From NCBI GenBank assembly GCA_000004985.1, contig GG738890.1: 64,000 nucleotides of DNA; one strand, 5' to 3'. The DNA is from Naegleria gruberi (lineage: Eukaryota). The notes beneath the pieces were generated by a model, which made no database searches, was not told the origin of the DNA, and was given only the letters and a program-made list of their open reading frames with translations. This document shows, piece by piece, positions 1 to 12,136 of this stretch; the first letter of the stretch is position 1, and each line of letters opens with the position of its first letter. Both the position numbers and the translations under genes were made by a program.

Positions 1-1884
1 AATAATTTGACAAACTTGTTTAGGAACTTTTCATGTGATTCCAATTGGAAGTCCAATAATACATCGATAAACATCTTGAATGGAACCTTGTTTGACTTTT
101 CAAAGCTCTTATTAGATTGTGAAGATCCTCCTGATTGGTTGAGAGAAGCTTTTTGACCTTCCATAACAGCGTCGTTAACTCTGATAATGACAGTGAGTGA
201 ATCTTCCTTATTGTACATGTACTTGATAATGTCAACCCATTCATCTTCATTCAAATCGCCATTCACTCTGTTTTGAATAATTTGAATTAATTCACTATCT
301 ACCTTCTTACTATACTTTCCTCTAAGGAATACCTTGAGGAGTTCAACTGTAGTGTCCTTAAGTTGTTTTTGAACAAATCTGAATTCTTCATCAATTTCAT
401 TTCTCAAAATCTTTCCAAAACATTTGACATCATTGTCTTCTCTGGAAAATCTCTTAACAGCAAAAGTAATGGCAGTAGCCCACTCGAAAACGAGGCTCTT
501 TAAACCGTACTTTTGATTAAGGTATGTATATAAGTGTTGTTCCATGGTTTCTCTTGGTAATTGATTGTCGTGGCATTTCTGGTCAAATCTTTGCTTAGAT
601 TGATATATTTCTTCTATTACTTCTTTTAATTGTTTAAGACTTAGAGGTTTCAACTTAGTTGGTTTTGTTTCTTTTGGTTTGGCAGTACTTTGGTTCAAAA
701 CCTGGGTTGGAGTGTTTGTGACTTGAAGGGCAAGTTTCTGTCTATTGACTTGAATTTGATTGAGCCTATTCTTGTATCGTTCAATTTCTACTTTCAATTC
801 TCCAATTTCTTCAGCCATTCTGCTTCTTTCCAGCTCTTGTTGTCTTATAATCTTATTCTTTGCCTCTTCGCTTTCAGATGCTAGCTTGTGAAGAGCTTCA
901 GTCTCCTCTAATAATTGAGCAATGTCCTTATCTGCACTATCCAACTCTTTTTGGAGTGCCAATAATTTTGAAAAGCACTCCCCCGACACTGATTTGATAA
1001 GTGAATAGTAAAAATCACACAAATCAGAGTATGAATTCTTAACAATTGTTAAAATACTGGCTGCTTTCTTATCAGTTTGAGCCACCTTCTCGATAACATC
1101 CTCGAATGAGATATCAAAGAGTTGCTTCTTGCTATTGAAAAGTTCGGACTGATAATTGATCGAACCTTGTGGTGTTGTTTCTCTTTTCAAGTCGAGCAGT
1201 ACTTTTAAGTTTGGAATCGAGTCAATTACGAAGGGTGTCTTCTTTCCCAAGTACAAACAGACTGCTTCGTGAAGTCTTTTTGCATCCTTAAAATCCTCAA
1301 CACCAATTTCTTCACTAGTAGTGCCATTGCTTTGTGGGGTTGATGCTTCTTCTTGTTCTATTGGAGGGATATTATTTGTATCATCATTGTTCCGGTTATC
1401 TGTATTGTTGGTTCTTTTTGGTGATGAGTTGTTTTTGCTTGGTGAATATTGGGGAGGATCTGCATCAGGAAGATCTGTGAGTGCTGTTATATATTATTTA
1501 ATATTAAATTATTACCTATTATCTATACTTACGAGTTCCATTAAAAGATTCCAAATTAGAAAGGGAAACGATAATTTCATCTTCCTCTTGTTCGTCAAGG
1601 GTAATATACAAGTGCTTGAGAGAAGGTAGGGAAAACAAGCCTGAAAGAACATTCTGTGATGAATTGAAATTGTTGTTTCGGAGATCCAAATATTCAACTC
1701 TTTGAAGACCACTCATATCTGAGGGTAAGTATCTCAACTGATTATTTGCAAGCCTTAAAACTTTGAGGTATCTCAACTTGGAGAGATCGACAAGAATTTC
1801 ATCCAAAGTTTTTAAACCACAGTGCTCAAGAGAAACCTCCGTAGCATCTGGGTATTTGTTCATAATTTCGTTAACCTTTTCCAT
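1..1884 (-). CDS. LRR + coiled-coil protein, 2 exons, 3' end runs off the window (exon 1 ~1533-1884, intron ~1484-1532, exon 2 1-1483)
   Basis: ORF 1519..1884 has leucine-rich repeats (LxxLxLxxNxL). It is followed by GTAAGT...ACAG, a 49-nt intron in phase 1. Downstream of that, my own translation of the minus strand gives an open frame to position 1 with coiled-coil heptads and no stops. Confidence 0.6.
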
Positions 1885-2170
1885 GGTTAATGATATATTA
1901 TGATGATGAAGATTATAATAATTTAGCTGATGATGACTAAAATTCCCGCTTAAACCTTCTTTCGTGGTGTGATTAAGGCTTCACTCTAGTAGGTATTTTT
2001 TTTAAAATCATTAATCAAATCAATACTTGCAACGGATGGATTTACAGTGAAACTTGGCGCCACAGTAATCATAGCCTTTTTATTCACTCACTTTGCTTGT
2101 GATAAGATACGGTTTGGAAATGGTGAAACATCAAGGATAACAGAGAACGTCTATTACTTTTGATTATTTC

Positions 2171-5100
2171 TTAGAAGGAAAGTCTATACAATACATAGCA
2201 AACGCGATTCACAAATGTTCCAATAAAATCTTGTTCTTGATCATTTGGTATTCTTGGATCTTGAATAGTGACACCCTCAATCTTTGGTGAGCTGGATCGT
2301 TGTTGTAATTCTAGTAGTAATTCTGGCTCTTGTAACAATCTCTTCTTACACAAATAACAAGAGATAGTGTTGGAGAGGATTGAATAGTTAATGTGAAGTA
2401 AGTAATTTTGGCCTGTTGCACTACTGTCTGGAGTGATAATCAAGTGTTGAGCAGTGCCATCCTTTTTGAAAATACTCCCAGCCCTTTCTCCTCCATAAAT
2501 ATTCCACAACTCTGAGATGACATCATTCCAAGGTATATAGTTGGCCTCAAATATGGACAATGTAAAATCATAATCGGTAATAGGTGTCTTGATCCAAAGG
2601 GCGTCCAAGTCATTGAAGAGATTTTCACTAATCTTGAAATTGAGAGCCATTTCCCACAAAATATCAAGCTTGAATGAATCCTTAACGCTGTGGAGAAGGT
2701 TGAGAAGTTTTCTCTCATATTGTTGAGCCATTTGAGTGACAATCTTGTACATGTTTTCTTTGGAACCTTCAACATCAGAATCATACGGATGTCTATTGGT
2801 AGCATCTGCAAAGACAATGTACATTGTGAGATTCATTGTAGAGTTTTCATACATTTCTTCAGACATTGGACTTGAAGGAGAGATGTGAGAAGTTGAATTT
2901 TCAATACTCTTAGTGACAATGACAGAGTATGAGTAGTCTGCCTCATCATGTGAAATATAGGTATCCAAAATAAAGCACTCCTTACTCTTTTGGTTGAACT
3001 TGACACGATATCTTTCAGAATTCTTGCAAATATATTCAAAGAAGAAATGGAAAGGATCATTCAATATTTCTCTTCTCTCCAAATTTCCACTAGCCTTTAT
3101 GTTGGCCTTTTCTCTCATAATATCGGCAATGTCCTTAGAATTTTCAAATACGATATGATGAGAGTGGAGAATATTTCTGGTGTGAGGAGGTGGCTTTGGA
3201 TAGAATTGAGCAAAGTCCTTCAACAAGCACATAAAACTGAGAGAAGGAGGAAAGCCAGAATAGTCTGTAGTGAGGTAATTCAAAAAGTTTCTCAAATGGA
3301 AATCATAAGAAAATGAATTCATGTGGAGTGAGTGTTTGAATTGACTGACTTTCTTCAAGAATTCTCCTCTGGAAGAAGAACGATTATGCATCAATCCTGA
3401 AGGTTTTTGAGACACTGTATCGGATACATAGACATTCAAGTAGGCATAAATACTGTCCAATCCAAGCTCCAAAAACAAGACACCTTCATCCATTTGTTTT
3501 TGGAAATAAATAGTTGTTGGTTGAAGTTTGATAATTTGGTTACCAACGACTTGAACCAATGGAGTAGGTTGTTTTGGTTGCTTTTCTCTTGTGATTGAAA
3601 TTTGAAGGTTTGGTTCTGCTCCAGGAGTTGAAGGAATATCGTTCTGCTCGGATGGATTCAAAAACACATCAGAAATATCCAAAGATTTGACATACTCAAC
3701 ATATTCGCTAAGGAAAGATTCAAATACCTTTCTGTGGTATCCAATTTCACGTAAATTATTATTTTGGGTATCTTCAAAGGATGAGGTATTACCAAGATCC
3801 ATCTGTTGAATAATTGCTGCAGAGCTTGAAGATACAAATGAGGATGGATCGAAAAGTATTCTTCTTAAAGGATTGAACAAGAGAGGTACTCTACAGAAGT
3901 GAATCAATCTCGAAGTATTCTTAATGAGTTGGAAATCTTTCGATTTGAGACTAGTAGAGTAGGATTTGTTATTCCAAAATCCATAAATTTTAGAAACTTG
4001 TTGTTGTTCCACCTTCTTCTTGTAATTTTGGTGGACAATGTGCTTAAAGTGGAGACCATGAATTAAGAGCTGATCTTTCTTTGATTCTACTGGGGTTCTT
4101 CTACTCAAATATCTGCCAGGATTCTTATCTAGATCATAAATTCCTTTCAGCAAGGAACCAAATTGATTCTTGCTGGATTGTGGCTTCTTTTCCTTTCTGA
4201 TAGGTTTGGCAACTTCACTCTTTACCTCAACTGTTGCTACTTGTATTGGTGTTGTGGTTTGAGGTGTTTTGAATCTATTGTAAATTTGTCCTCTAACATC
4301 AGGCATTTGTTTTGGTGCATTCATGGTGGATGGAGTGGAAGGTGTTGTAGTACTTCTCCTGATTGTGGTTGTAGTTTTAGGATCTACTGGTGCATTTTGT
4401 TTGTTATAAATCAAGAGGTCAATATTGTTGAAGGCGAATTGAACTTCCTTTTGTGGCTTTCCACTTTGACTTGGATTTAAAGGATTTGATGGAATTGAAA
4501 CCAAGTTACTAGAGTGTGAGTGATAGAATAAACCAAGTTTTTGATGGAGAATGCTATTCAATAAGTGAGCTCTACATCTCAACCATGAGACAGTTTGATG
4601 CAAGTGATATTTGAATTTTTCAAACTGAGGAGACTTCCAGTTGTAAGCTATTACTTGGAGCTCAGCACTTGTGAGGATAATGACAATACAACATTTTCTA
4701 TTATATTTGAATGAATTTCTATAGTTAAATCCTTCCAATGATATTATATCACCAATCTTGATATTTTCACCAATATTAATAACTCTATCATTATTTTGCA
4801 CAAGTATATTACCGGCTATCATGGCAAAACAAACATTGTTAGAATCAATCAAGTGGTACTTTTCTGTGAAATCTTCACTTCTAGAGTATTTGACAAAGTT
4901 TTGCCTTCCGTCTGTGCTGACAAATGTAACTGGTCTAAATTTAAAGCTGTATACAGAGAGTAAGTTGTAGAGATCTCCAATAAAACGTCCCATTTCCCAT
5001 AATGGTAAGAAAATAGATGCTCTGTGTTCAGTTAGTGTTGGAGAATCAATTCTGGAGGCTTTGATGGCTTGAGTTTGTAATCTAGCTAAAAAGTATCTGT

Positions 5101-8100
5101 TGAATCCTTCCAAACTCAAAGGGTTTGTAAATAGTCCACATTCCACAATATAATCAATAACAGATTGGTTAACAGTTTGAACAATCTTTTCTAAAAGGGA
5201 AGGAATATCAACTTCTCCCTTCTTCCAAAACTCGAACAGTATCTTTCCATTCTCACTTGACAATGACTTGGAAGATACTTCTGTTGTTGTCCCTACCTCG
5301 TCATCCTCATCTTCAGAGTCAGAGTTACTGCCTTCCTTCTTTAAAATGGGAGCACCAAAATCTGTGTAAGGAATGTTTGCAGGTTCTTCTTGCAAGTTTC
5401 CAAGCTGAGAGACACCTGTCAAATCGCAAACATATGACTCCTTCATAGGTGGGAAAACTGTAACCATCTCTCCATTTTGATTCAGTAATGTTAATTGTAC
5501 ACAAGCTATACCTCTGCAATTCACTGTTGAGGTCATGGCTCTTGAGAAGGTATTCTGTGTGACAGAGTTGAACAAGAAGGAAAAGTCCCAAGCTTTAAAT
5601 ACCATATCATCATCCTCGTCCTCGGTAAATGACATGTAGGCCTGAGGATTGTTACTATCAGTAGAGTCATCACTACTAGATAAATAGAGTTGATTCATAA
5701 AGGTCAACATGTTATTCCTGAGGAATAGCATGAACAAGAGCTTGTTGTTAATAAACTTTGGAATATTGATTAACACACTTTTTTGTGGTTTTTGTAGTAA
5801 TGGTCTAATAAACTCCAAATCTTCAACTGTAACTTTGAATTGTCTGTTTCTCAATAATAAATTGGAAATAATATTCATAGTGAGAGCAGATAATTTTCCT
5901 TCAATAAGATTTCTCAATTGTGCAGTAATTTCCGCACTTGGAGAATAGACACCATAGACTTCCAAAACTATGGAGGATGTCTTATTCTTCAAATCCAATT
6001 CAGCATACAAATATTGACCCATACTTGACAAGGAAAGTGAGTAATCTTTCAATTTCGTCTTGAATTCTTGGTCGGATTGTTCAGGTTGTTCTGGTATTTC
6101 AGGAGACTTTTCAGTGGTTGGTGACAATACATCTACCTGCTTGTTACCATCAACTAGTTGCAAATAGAAAACTCTACCACTTCTTTCCTTGTAGACAAAC
6201 ATTTCACTTCTGTTAGCAACAATGAACGGATTAAAAACTGCTTGATTCAAGTGATTAATAGCCATAGCAGTAGTCAAACGACTATGAAGAGGGAAAGAAA
6301 TTTCATATGTCTTTCTACAAGCAAAGTCTCCTTCCTTGAATTTTTCTGGATTTGGTTTTTCATTGTCCTTTCTGATAAGTTTCTTGTCTAGAGTATTGAT
6401 TTCATTTTGAAGAGCCTTCTTATCCTTTTCCTTTCTGAAGGGTAATAGGAGGGAGCTACAAAGTCTGGTATCATGTAAATTGGAAAGAAGTAACAGAGTA
6501 TTCACTCTCTTACAAATAACACTGATTGCCTTGAAAACAACACTAACCACATCATTGGCATGTTTAGTGGATAATGCAGTAGGTGAATAAAACAGCATTG
6601 ACATGGATTTTTTGTTTTCCACCCTTAATATAATCCAGAAGGGTAATTCCAGACAAGATCTTTCCATTTCAATATCGTTATCAAAAATAACCATTTCCAA
6701 ATCATCCAATTCCTTCTTGTAGAGATTGTACTTGTTATTATCAGAGGTTGCATCTTGCTCACAAGCTTTATCAAAATCCTCAAATATTGTATGCTTGGAA
6801 CAACAATTTCTCTTTCTAAAGTAAAGAATGTAGTGATTTTCAATATTCTTAAAGACCAAGTTCTTACATTTGGCCATTTCTTGGTGGAATAATTTCAATC
6901 CTTCAACAGGGTCGATGAAAAAGAGAGGGATTGAGTGTTTTTGGTAACAGGTGGTTGGCAACTTCTCTATATTATCAAAAACCTTCTTGATTGAATATGA
7001 AGTGATTGGATGAGTTTTAAGGAGAGCATTCAAAATTTCTTTGGAAATAAGAGCTTGGAGACGCTTATTAGTTCTAGACATTATTCTTCGAATGTGTCTT
7101 GGCAGGTATCCCTTGTCGAGGTAAGGTGCTGCTTCATCTGTTGGTACATCAGCTGATGAATCCTCTTCGACATCGAATACACTTCTTGCATAGGCAAACT
7201 GACTTTCAGTTACATGATTTCTGAACATCATGAGTAAGTCCTTCTTGGCTGGTTCGAATCCATTCACAGCCGCAAAGTGTTTATCAGGTGGAAGAGTAAT
7301 ACAATAGAGTCTGAGAGAAGTCTTTACAGAGTTTAAAGAGTTAATCCAGTCCAAATCCATACTAGAACGAGTGAAACTCTCAGGTTCCTCTTCTTCATCT
7401 TCACTATCTTCGTCCTTTGAAAATGCAGATAATACTTGAGCAAATTCACCCTTGCTAGACATGATTGTACTGGCAATTTTGTCAATTGGCAGTTTCTTAA
7501 TAGGTACTTTGATAGTGGAACTTATATTCTCCGAGTCATTATCAAGTTCATTCCAACTATCGTGATCCCTCTCAATTGGTGATAAAACACATTCCATTCT
7601 CATGAACACTGGGATGGTAGAATTTTCCAACTCTACAGAGTTGAATGTATCAGTCAGTGAAGAGCCAGAACTATCTGTTAATGAATCAGAAGCATGATCT
7701 GAGTGAGGATGAGTATCTGCTCTTGCTCCAGCAGATATACTTGTTGAGATGGAGTGAATTTCATCCTCTTCGCTATGGAAACTGCTAATTTCATCATCAG
7801 AAGCTTCAGCGTCAAAATCTTCATTCTCAATTTCTTCTAAATGGTCAAAGCTCTTGGCACTATTCTTCTTCTTGAGAATTTTTGGATTAGTAGTAGTGGT
7901 TGTCTGATTCTTAGTTTTTGGTATCGAACTTTCTCTCAAATAGTAATGATACTTAGTTCCTCTGATATCATCAAAGTACTTTTCAATTATAGCCTTGAAG
8001 GAGGCTGCCATTGATTCGCATGGACTTATTCCATTTTCTCCCTTCTCGAAGAAGTAACTTCTTGCCAATAGTATTGCTTCAAAGAATTCAGACAAGTCAA

Positions 8101-11100
8101 TTTCCTCCCTATATTCGTAACAAGATTCAACAGCAGATACAATATTTTCTCTATCAACCAAAAGTTTTTGGTTAAGATGCTTATAAACTCCATAAGATAA
8201 ACTGTAGGAGTGAAGATTAGTAACAAAATCACAATATGAAGCAGAAGAAGAAAATGCTTGCTCCTCCTCGTGCATTAGCATTGGGTGTGCCTTCACATTT
8301 AGAGGTCCATTCTTGGAACATACTAACTTTTCAATTGCCTCATTACGTTTCAGATTCTCGATGTTTAAAAGTTGGTCCTCGTTACATTCACATACAATAA
8401 TGTTGAAGTTTAACTCCTCTCCATTCACTTGAGCAGGAACGATTGTTAAAATAAAGTCCTTTTGTCTTTCAGAGCCAACAGTTTCAAACACTCTTGCAAA
8501 ACATCTTGATTTGGTATTTAAATTGAGTGGAATCCTATCAATGTTCAATTCCACATCATTGATATTACTAAGGAATTTGATGAGTCTGTCATAGAGTAAA
8601 ATATTATTCTTCTTGCATAATTCCGACTCTGATTCACTTGAAATTTTAAAGACCTTGAATTGAAGGTCTTGCTTCTCAGATCTATCAACAATACCCTTTA
8701 GGTTGAAAGGGGTCGGAAGATTATTCTTTTCAGCTTGGAATACGGCAATATTGTTATTATTTCCTTTCCCGGATTTACATGCCGTAACAACACATTCAAA
8801 GGTTGAAAATAGAGAAATAATTTGCAAATCCAAATTATAAAACCAATTATCACACAAATCAGTGTAAAATTGGGAAGAATCAGAGAGAGCACCACTCGAA
8901 TGGGTCACATAACCTGATTGTGGCTCAATCCAAAGTTCTGTAATCAGCTTCTTTTCTTTCTTGAGGATGTGAATACAATAAAAGACCAACAATTTAGAAA
9001 GATATTCCGCATCGTTGAAGGCGTTTCTTTTCATCATTTCCAATTCCTTCACAAATACAATAGATTGTTTTGAAGAAACTAAAGAGAAACCTTCACTAAA
9101 TCTCTGAGAGAAAATGGAGGACAATATTCCAGCAACATTCAATCTGCCACCAACAGACCATACCCAATTTTTGTGCTTCATATATGAAGTATAGTGTGGA
9201 GGAGCAGAGTAGAGTGATTGATTATACTGTGATTCATCCTCTCTACAGTTGGGCAGCCTGGAAGCAATATCTGGGAAGTGTTCACTCACATAGAAATTGG
9301 CTGAAATTCCTTTCTGATGGAATGTCCTTGTTATCTTTTCTTTGAATTGTCGAATAATTCTAGAAATTGTGAAGGAAGAAACATTAAAGAATTGGAATTG
9401 AATCTCGATTGGTGAATTGAAATTACTCAGCAGTTTCAAAAGGCAAAAACCAGAAGAAACACAGCTATCCTTCTCTTCCATGCTTAATAGAGAAGTATCA
9501 TCTACAGACTCGTACAGGTAACAGGTGGAATCCTGCTCTGAGAGGAATAAAATGTAAAAATCGTCTGATATTTTTGTTGAAGACCAACTGTTGTCACAAA
9601 GGGACCTCAGTATTGAAATATGATTTTGAACAGTGGTAATTTCCGTTGTTCCTGATTGAATTTGGGTCAAAATCTTTTGAATTATCGAATCTGATCTGTG
9701 TAAGTGTTGCTCGTCATTGTGAGGTGAGAGCATCAAAGTTTGTCTATCAAATAAAAAGTCTTTCTCATGTTCAAAATTAATATTTGAAAGGTCTAACTTT
9801 CTGATAGGTGTTCTGTTGGTGCATGAGCAATTGTCAGCAAGATTATGATATTGCTCCAGCAGCACATCCTCGATATTGATCTTTTGAATAAAGTCCTGCA
9901 CTGATTTGAAGAAGGACAACTCCTTATTTTTCTTTTTCAAGTACATCTTGAATCTTTCTTGATTGGATTTGTGCATAAATGCTGTGATTGTCACCACAAT
10001 TTTAAAATTTTTTAGTTTGGTGAGTGCAAAATTAGTAAAATTACTACTCGACAGCATTTGTAAATCTTGTTCTTCATTGAGAACATCTGTTCTTTCTATT
10101 TGCATTCTGTAAATAATTTCAATATTTCTCCTATAAAGTAAACTCATTTTGATGGATTTGTAATCGAGTTTTTCCTCTTCTGCCTTGAACTTGGTAAGAG
10201 AGTCTGTGTTTGTTGCGTATTTCAAGTCCATAATTTTGAAACCTTGTTTTGCCCTAGTTTTCAAGATGGAATCCACATTGGTCATATTCAAACTGTAGGC
10301 AAGGATTTCCGATTCACAATAACCCTTCTTTACATCCTTTTTTATATCGGTCTGTGTGGTGAAAACACTCCCTTCTCCTGCAGAAATGATTAAACTCTCA
10401 TTCTCAGCTGCCAATACAGGTGTTGGCCTGAATAGCAATGCATGTTGGAGTGCATTAGTCTTTTTTCTATCATTTTCTGATGGAACTTCTTCAATATACT
10501 CATAATCAATATAGTAACCATCCACACAAGCGATAAATGACTCTACCAATTCAGAATCAGGCAGATAACTATATAAGTAAGCCCCTTGGGATTGATTGGT
10601 GATATTAATTGTTGCAAAACTAATATCCTTTTGATTAATGCTCAGTATTGTTTCAGGAGTCAAATCAGAAATATTGAAAACGTTATCACTAATGAGAAGG
10701 AAAATTGGGCATGCATCTTTTGGTAAAAAGTCAAAAGCCAGTATCGAATCAGAAATGTAAGTATTGAATTTAGAATCAGAAGTCTCCGAAAGACTTTTAA
10801 GAGAAGGTCTAAGAGCATTTGAAGCCATATTTTCAGTTTCGCATAAATTTTGATAAACCTTTCCTAGAACCTCCACAAGATTTGTCGAAGTAATATGATA
10901 ATCTTGAAAGAGACAATAAACTGGTCTTCCAGCCATTCCAATAGCAATACAAGAAACATGAAGCTCTGGTAAAATTTCCTCCGAATAATTTGGTACAATA
11001 ATTGGTTGTGTTAAATGTGTTAAAATATTCGATATTGTCTTGAATACTCTGTCGAATAATACTTCTCCTGTTGTTGTATCAATTGCAAGCATAGAAGGAC

Positions 11101-12136
11101 TAATATCCACAGTAATAACAATTCCGTATTTTGAATAAATAGTATGAACCAATGAAGTTGGTAAAAGTTCTATTCCTAAATCCTCAGTAAATTCCTCTGT
11201 TGATGCAGTCGAACTAACAGTCTCAATGGTATCAAGATGTCCATGAAATTGGTTAAACTTTGGTGATGATTCATTTCCATTATAGAAATTTGGTGGCAGA
11301 ATAACAACACCACCTCCCTGTTGATTACTTCCTCCATAGTGAATCTGATCAATACTAATACTCCTCACAATATTTGAATTTGTGGCTTGATGTAATTGAT
11401 CAATACTCATACTCCTAGGAATAGAATCATGAGTAAATGGAAATTGATTTAAATAGGATTCATCAGAAATTGTTGTAGTTGGTGAATTTTGCATTGAATT
11501 TCTATCCATAGAATATTCTGAAGAGTGCATAAATCCACTCGTAAATGTTGTAGATTCATCCATAGAAGATGAATTATGATGGTGATGATGAGAATCAACA
11601 TGTTGATGGTTTTTCAAAAATCTATTCTTCCTAACAGATAAATCTTTACAAGTCTTGATAGAGACCGAAATAACCTGAATGTTTTTGCTATTATTATTGG
11701 ATAGGGAAGGAGAAGTAGGTGAATTTGCTGTTGTTGTTGTCGACAACATTGAAGAACGAGGAGAAGAGGTTACTTGCTCATGTGCAGCACCATCATGATT
11801 TTTCGTTATTAATTGATTAATATTAGCATGAAGATGATTCAATTGCCATACCAATCTCTCGGATTTTCTAAAGAGTGAATAGTCTTGTGATTTGAGAAAA
11901 ACATGTTTTGCTCCAACATTACGTCCAATATTATTACTATGAACCATATGAATAGAGGAAGAAGATAATGCTCTCTTGGACCGATGATGAAGCACTGGTC
12001 CTCCTCCATTCTCATCATGAAAATCATCCTGTGAGAGTGGAAGAAAGTCTTCCGAAGTGATCAACTCTAAAGGTTGTTGTTGTGTAGAGGGTGAGGTTGG
12101 AGAGGTCGTTAGCATAACATGATGACCGCTCCACAT
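2171..12136 (-). CDS. giant (3321 aa) intronless protein of unknown function with Ser/Thr/Asn/His-rich low-complexity segments
   Basis: It is a single uninterrupted 9.9 kb ORF in AT-rich DNA, which is extremely unlikely by chance. I could not recognise any catalytic motif. Confidence 0.55.
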   Translation of the reverse strand: MWSGHHVMLTTSPTSPSTQQQPLELITSEDFLPLSQDDFHDENGGGPVLHHRSKRALSSSSIHMVHSNNIGRNVGAKHVFLKSQDYSLFRKSERLVWQLNHLHANINQLITKNHDGAAHEQVTSSPRSSMLSTTTTANSPTSPSLSNNNSKNIQVISVSIKTCKDLSVRKNRFLKNHQHVDSHHHHHNSSSMDESTTFTSGFMHSSEYSMDRNSMQNSPTTTISDESYLNQFPFTHDSIPRSMSIDQLHQATNSNIVRSISIDQIHYGGSNQQGGGVVILPPNFYNGNESSPKFNQFHGHLDTIETVSSTASTEEFTEDLGIELLPTSLVHTIYSKYGIVITVDISPSMLAIDTTTGEVLFDRVFKTISNILTHLTQPIIVPNYSEEILPELHVSCIAIGMAGRPVYCLFQDYHITSTNLVEVLGKVYQNLCETENMASNALRPSLKSLSETSDSKFNTYISDSILAFDFLPKDACPIFLLISDNVFNISDLTPETILSINQKDISFATINITNQSQGAYLYSYLPDSELVESFIACVDGYYIDYEYIEEVPSENDRKKTNALQHALLFRPTPVLAAENESLIISAGEGSVFTTQTDIKKDVKKGYCESEILAYSLNMTNVDSILKTRAKQGFKIMDLKYATNTDSLTKFKAEEEKLDYKSIKMSLLYRRNIEIIYRMQIERTDVLNEEQDLQMLSSSNFTNFALTKLKNFKIVVTITAFMHKSNQERFKMYLKKKNKELSFFKSVQDFIQKINIEDVLLEQYHNLADNCSCTNRTPIRKLDLSNINFEHEKDFLFDRQTLMLSPHNDEQHLHRSDSIIQKILTQIQSGTTEITTVQNHISILRSLCDNSWSSTKISDDFYILFLSEQDSTCYLYESVDDTSLLSMEEKDSCVSSGFCLLKLLSNFNSPIEIQFQFFNVSSFTISRIIRQFKEKITRTFHQKGISANFYVSEHFPDIASRLPNCREDESQYNQSLYSAPPHYTSYMKHKNWVWSVGGRLNVAGILSSIFSQRFSEGFSLVSSKQSIVFVKELEMMKRNAFNDAEYLSKLLVFYCIHILKKEKKLITELWIEPQSGYVTHSSGALSDSSQFYTDLCDNWFYNLDLQIISLFSTFECVVTACKSGKGNNNNIAVFQAEKNNLPTPFNLKGIVDRSEKQDLQFKVFKISSESESELCKKNNILLYDRLIKFLSNINDVELNIDRIPLNLNTKSRCFARVFETVGSERQKDFILTIVPAQVNGEELNFNIIVCECNEDQLLNIENLKRNEAIEKLVCSKNGPLNVKAHPMLMHEEEQAFSSSASYCDFVTNLHSYSLSYGVYKHLNQKLLVDRENIVSAVESCYEYREEIDLSEFFEAILLARSYFFEKGENGISPCESMAASFKAIIEKYFDDIRGTKYHYYLRESSIPKTKNQTTTTTNPKILKKKNSAKSFDHLEEIENEDFDAEASDDEISSFHSEEDEIHSISTSISAGARADTHPHSDHASDSLTDSSGSSLTDTFNSVELENSTIPVFMRMECVLSPIERDHDSWNELDNDSENISSTIKVPIKKLPIDKIASTIMSSKGEFAQVLSAFSKDEDSEDEEEEPESFTRSSMDLDWINSLNSVKTSLRLYCITLPPDKHFAAVNGFEPAKKDLLMMFRNHVTESQFAYARSVFDVEEDSSADVPTDEAAPYLDKGYLPRHIRRIMSRTNKRLQALISKEILNALLKTHPITSYSIKKVFDNIEKLPTTCYQKHSIPLFFIDPVEGLKLFHQEMAKCKNLVFKNIENHYILYFRKRNCCSKHTIFEDFDKACEQDATSDNNKYNLYKKELDDLEMVIFDNDIEMERSCLELPFWIILRVENKKSMSMLFYSPTALSTKHANDVVSVVFKAISVICKRVNTLLLLSNLHDTRLCSSLLLPFRKEKDKKALQNEINTLDKKLIRKDNEKPNPEKFKEGDFACRKTYEISFPLHSRLTTAMAINHLNQAVFNPFIVANRSEMFVYKERSGRVFYLQLVDGNKQVDVLSPTTEKSPEIPEQPEQSDQEFKTKLKDYSLSLSSMGQYLYAELDLKNKTSSIVLEVYGVYSPSAEITAQLRNLIEGKLSALTMNIISNLLLRNRQFKVTVEDLEFIRPLLQKPQKSVLINIPKFINNKLLFMLFLRNNMLTFMNQLYLSSSDDSTDSNNPQAYMSFTEDEDDDMVFKAWDFSFLFNSVTQNTFSRAMTSTVNCRGIACVQLTLLNQNGEMVTVFPPMKESYVCDLTGVSQLGNLQEEPANIPYTDFGAPILKKEGSNSDSEDEDDEVGTTTEVSSKSLSSENGKILFEFWKKGEVDIPSLLEKIVQTVNQSVIDYIVECGLFTNPLSLEGFNRYFLARLQTQAIKASRIDSPTLTEHRASIFLPLWEMGRFIGDLYNLLSVYSFKFRPVTFVSTDGRQNFVKYSRSEDFTEKYHLIDSNNVCFAMIAGNILVQNNDRVINIGENIKIGDIISLEGFNYRNSFKYNRKCCIVIILTSAELQVIAYNWKSPQFEKFKYHLHQTVSWLRCRAHLLNSILHQKLGLFYHSHSSNLVSIPSNPLNPSQSGKPQKEVQFAFNNIDLLIYNKQNAPVDPKTTTTIRRSTTTPSTPSTMNAPKQMPDVRGQIYNRFKTPQTTTPIQVATVEVKSEVAKPIRKEKKPQSSKNQFGSLLKGIYDLDKNPGRYLSRRTPVESKKDQLLIHGLHFKHIVHQNYKKKVEQQQVSKIYGFWNNKSYSTSLKSKDFQLIKNTSRLIHFCRVPLLFNPLRRILFDPSSFVSSSSAAIIQQMDLGNTSSFEDTQNNNLREIGYHRKVFESFLSEYVEYVKSLDISDVFLNPSEQNDIPSTPGAEPNLQISITREKQPKQPTPLVQVVGNQIIKLQPTTIYFQKQMDEGVLFLELGLDSIYAYLNVYVSDTVSQKPSGLMHNRSSSRGEFLKKVSQFKHSLHMNSFSYDFHLRNFLNYLTTDYSGFPPSLSFMCLLKDFAQFYPKPPPHTRNILHSHHIVFENSKDIADIMREKANIKASGNLERREILNDPFHFFFEYICKNSERYRVKFNQKSKECFILDTYISHDEADYSYSVIVTKSIENSTSHISPSSPMSEEMYENSTMNLTMYIVFADATNRHPYDSDVEGSKENMYKIVTQMAQQYERKLLNLLHSVKDSFKLDILWEMALNFKISENLFNDLDALWIKTPITDYDFTLSIFEANYIPWNDVISELWNIYGGERAGSIFKKDGTAQHLIITPDSSATGQNYLLHINYSILSNTISCYLCKKRLLQEPELLLELQQRSSSPKIEGVTIQDPRIPNDQEQDFIGTFVNRVCYVLYRLSF

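Noticed and set aside
2440-11000. Dozens of 60-125-aa ORFs on both strands inside the giant gene, and similar short ORFs nested in other genes
   Set aside because: They overlap a much longer, codon-consistent ORF and have no independent start or splice support. They are expected by chance in shadow frames.
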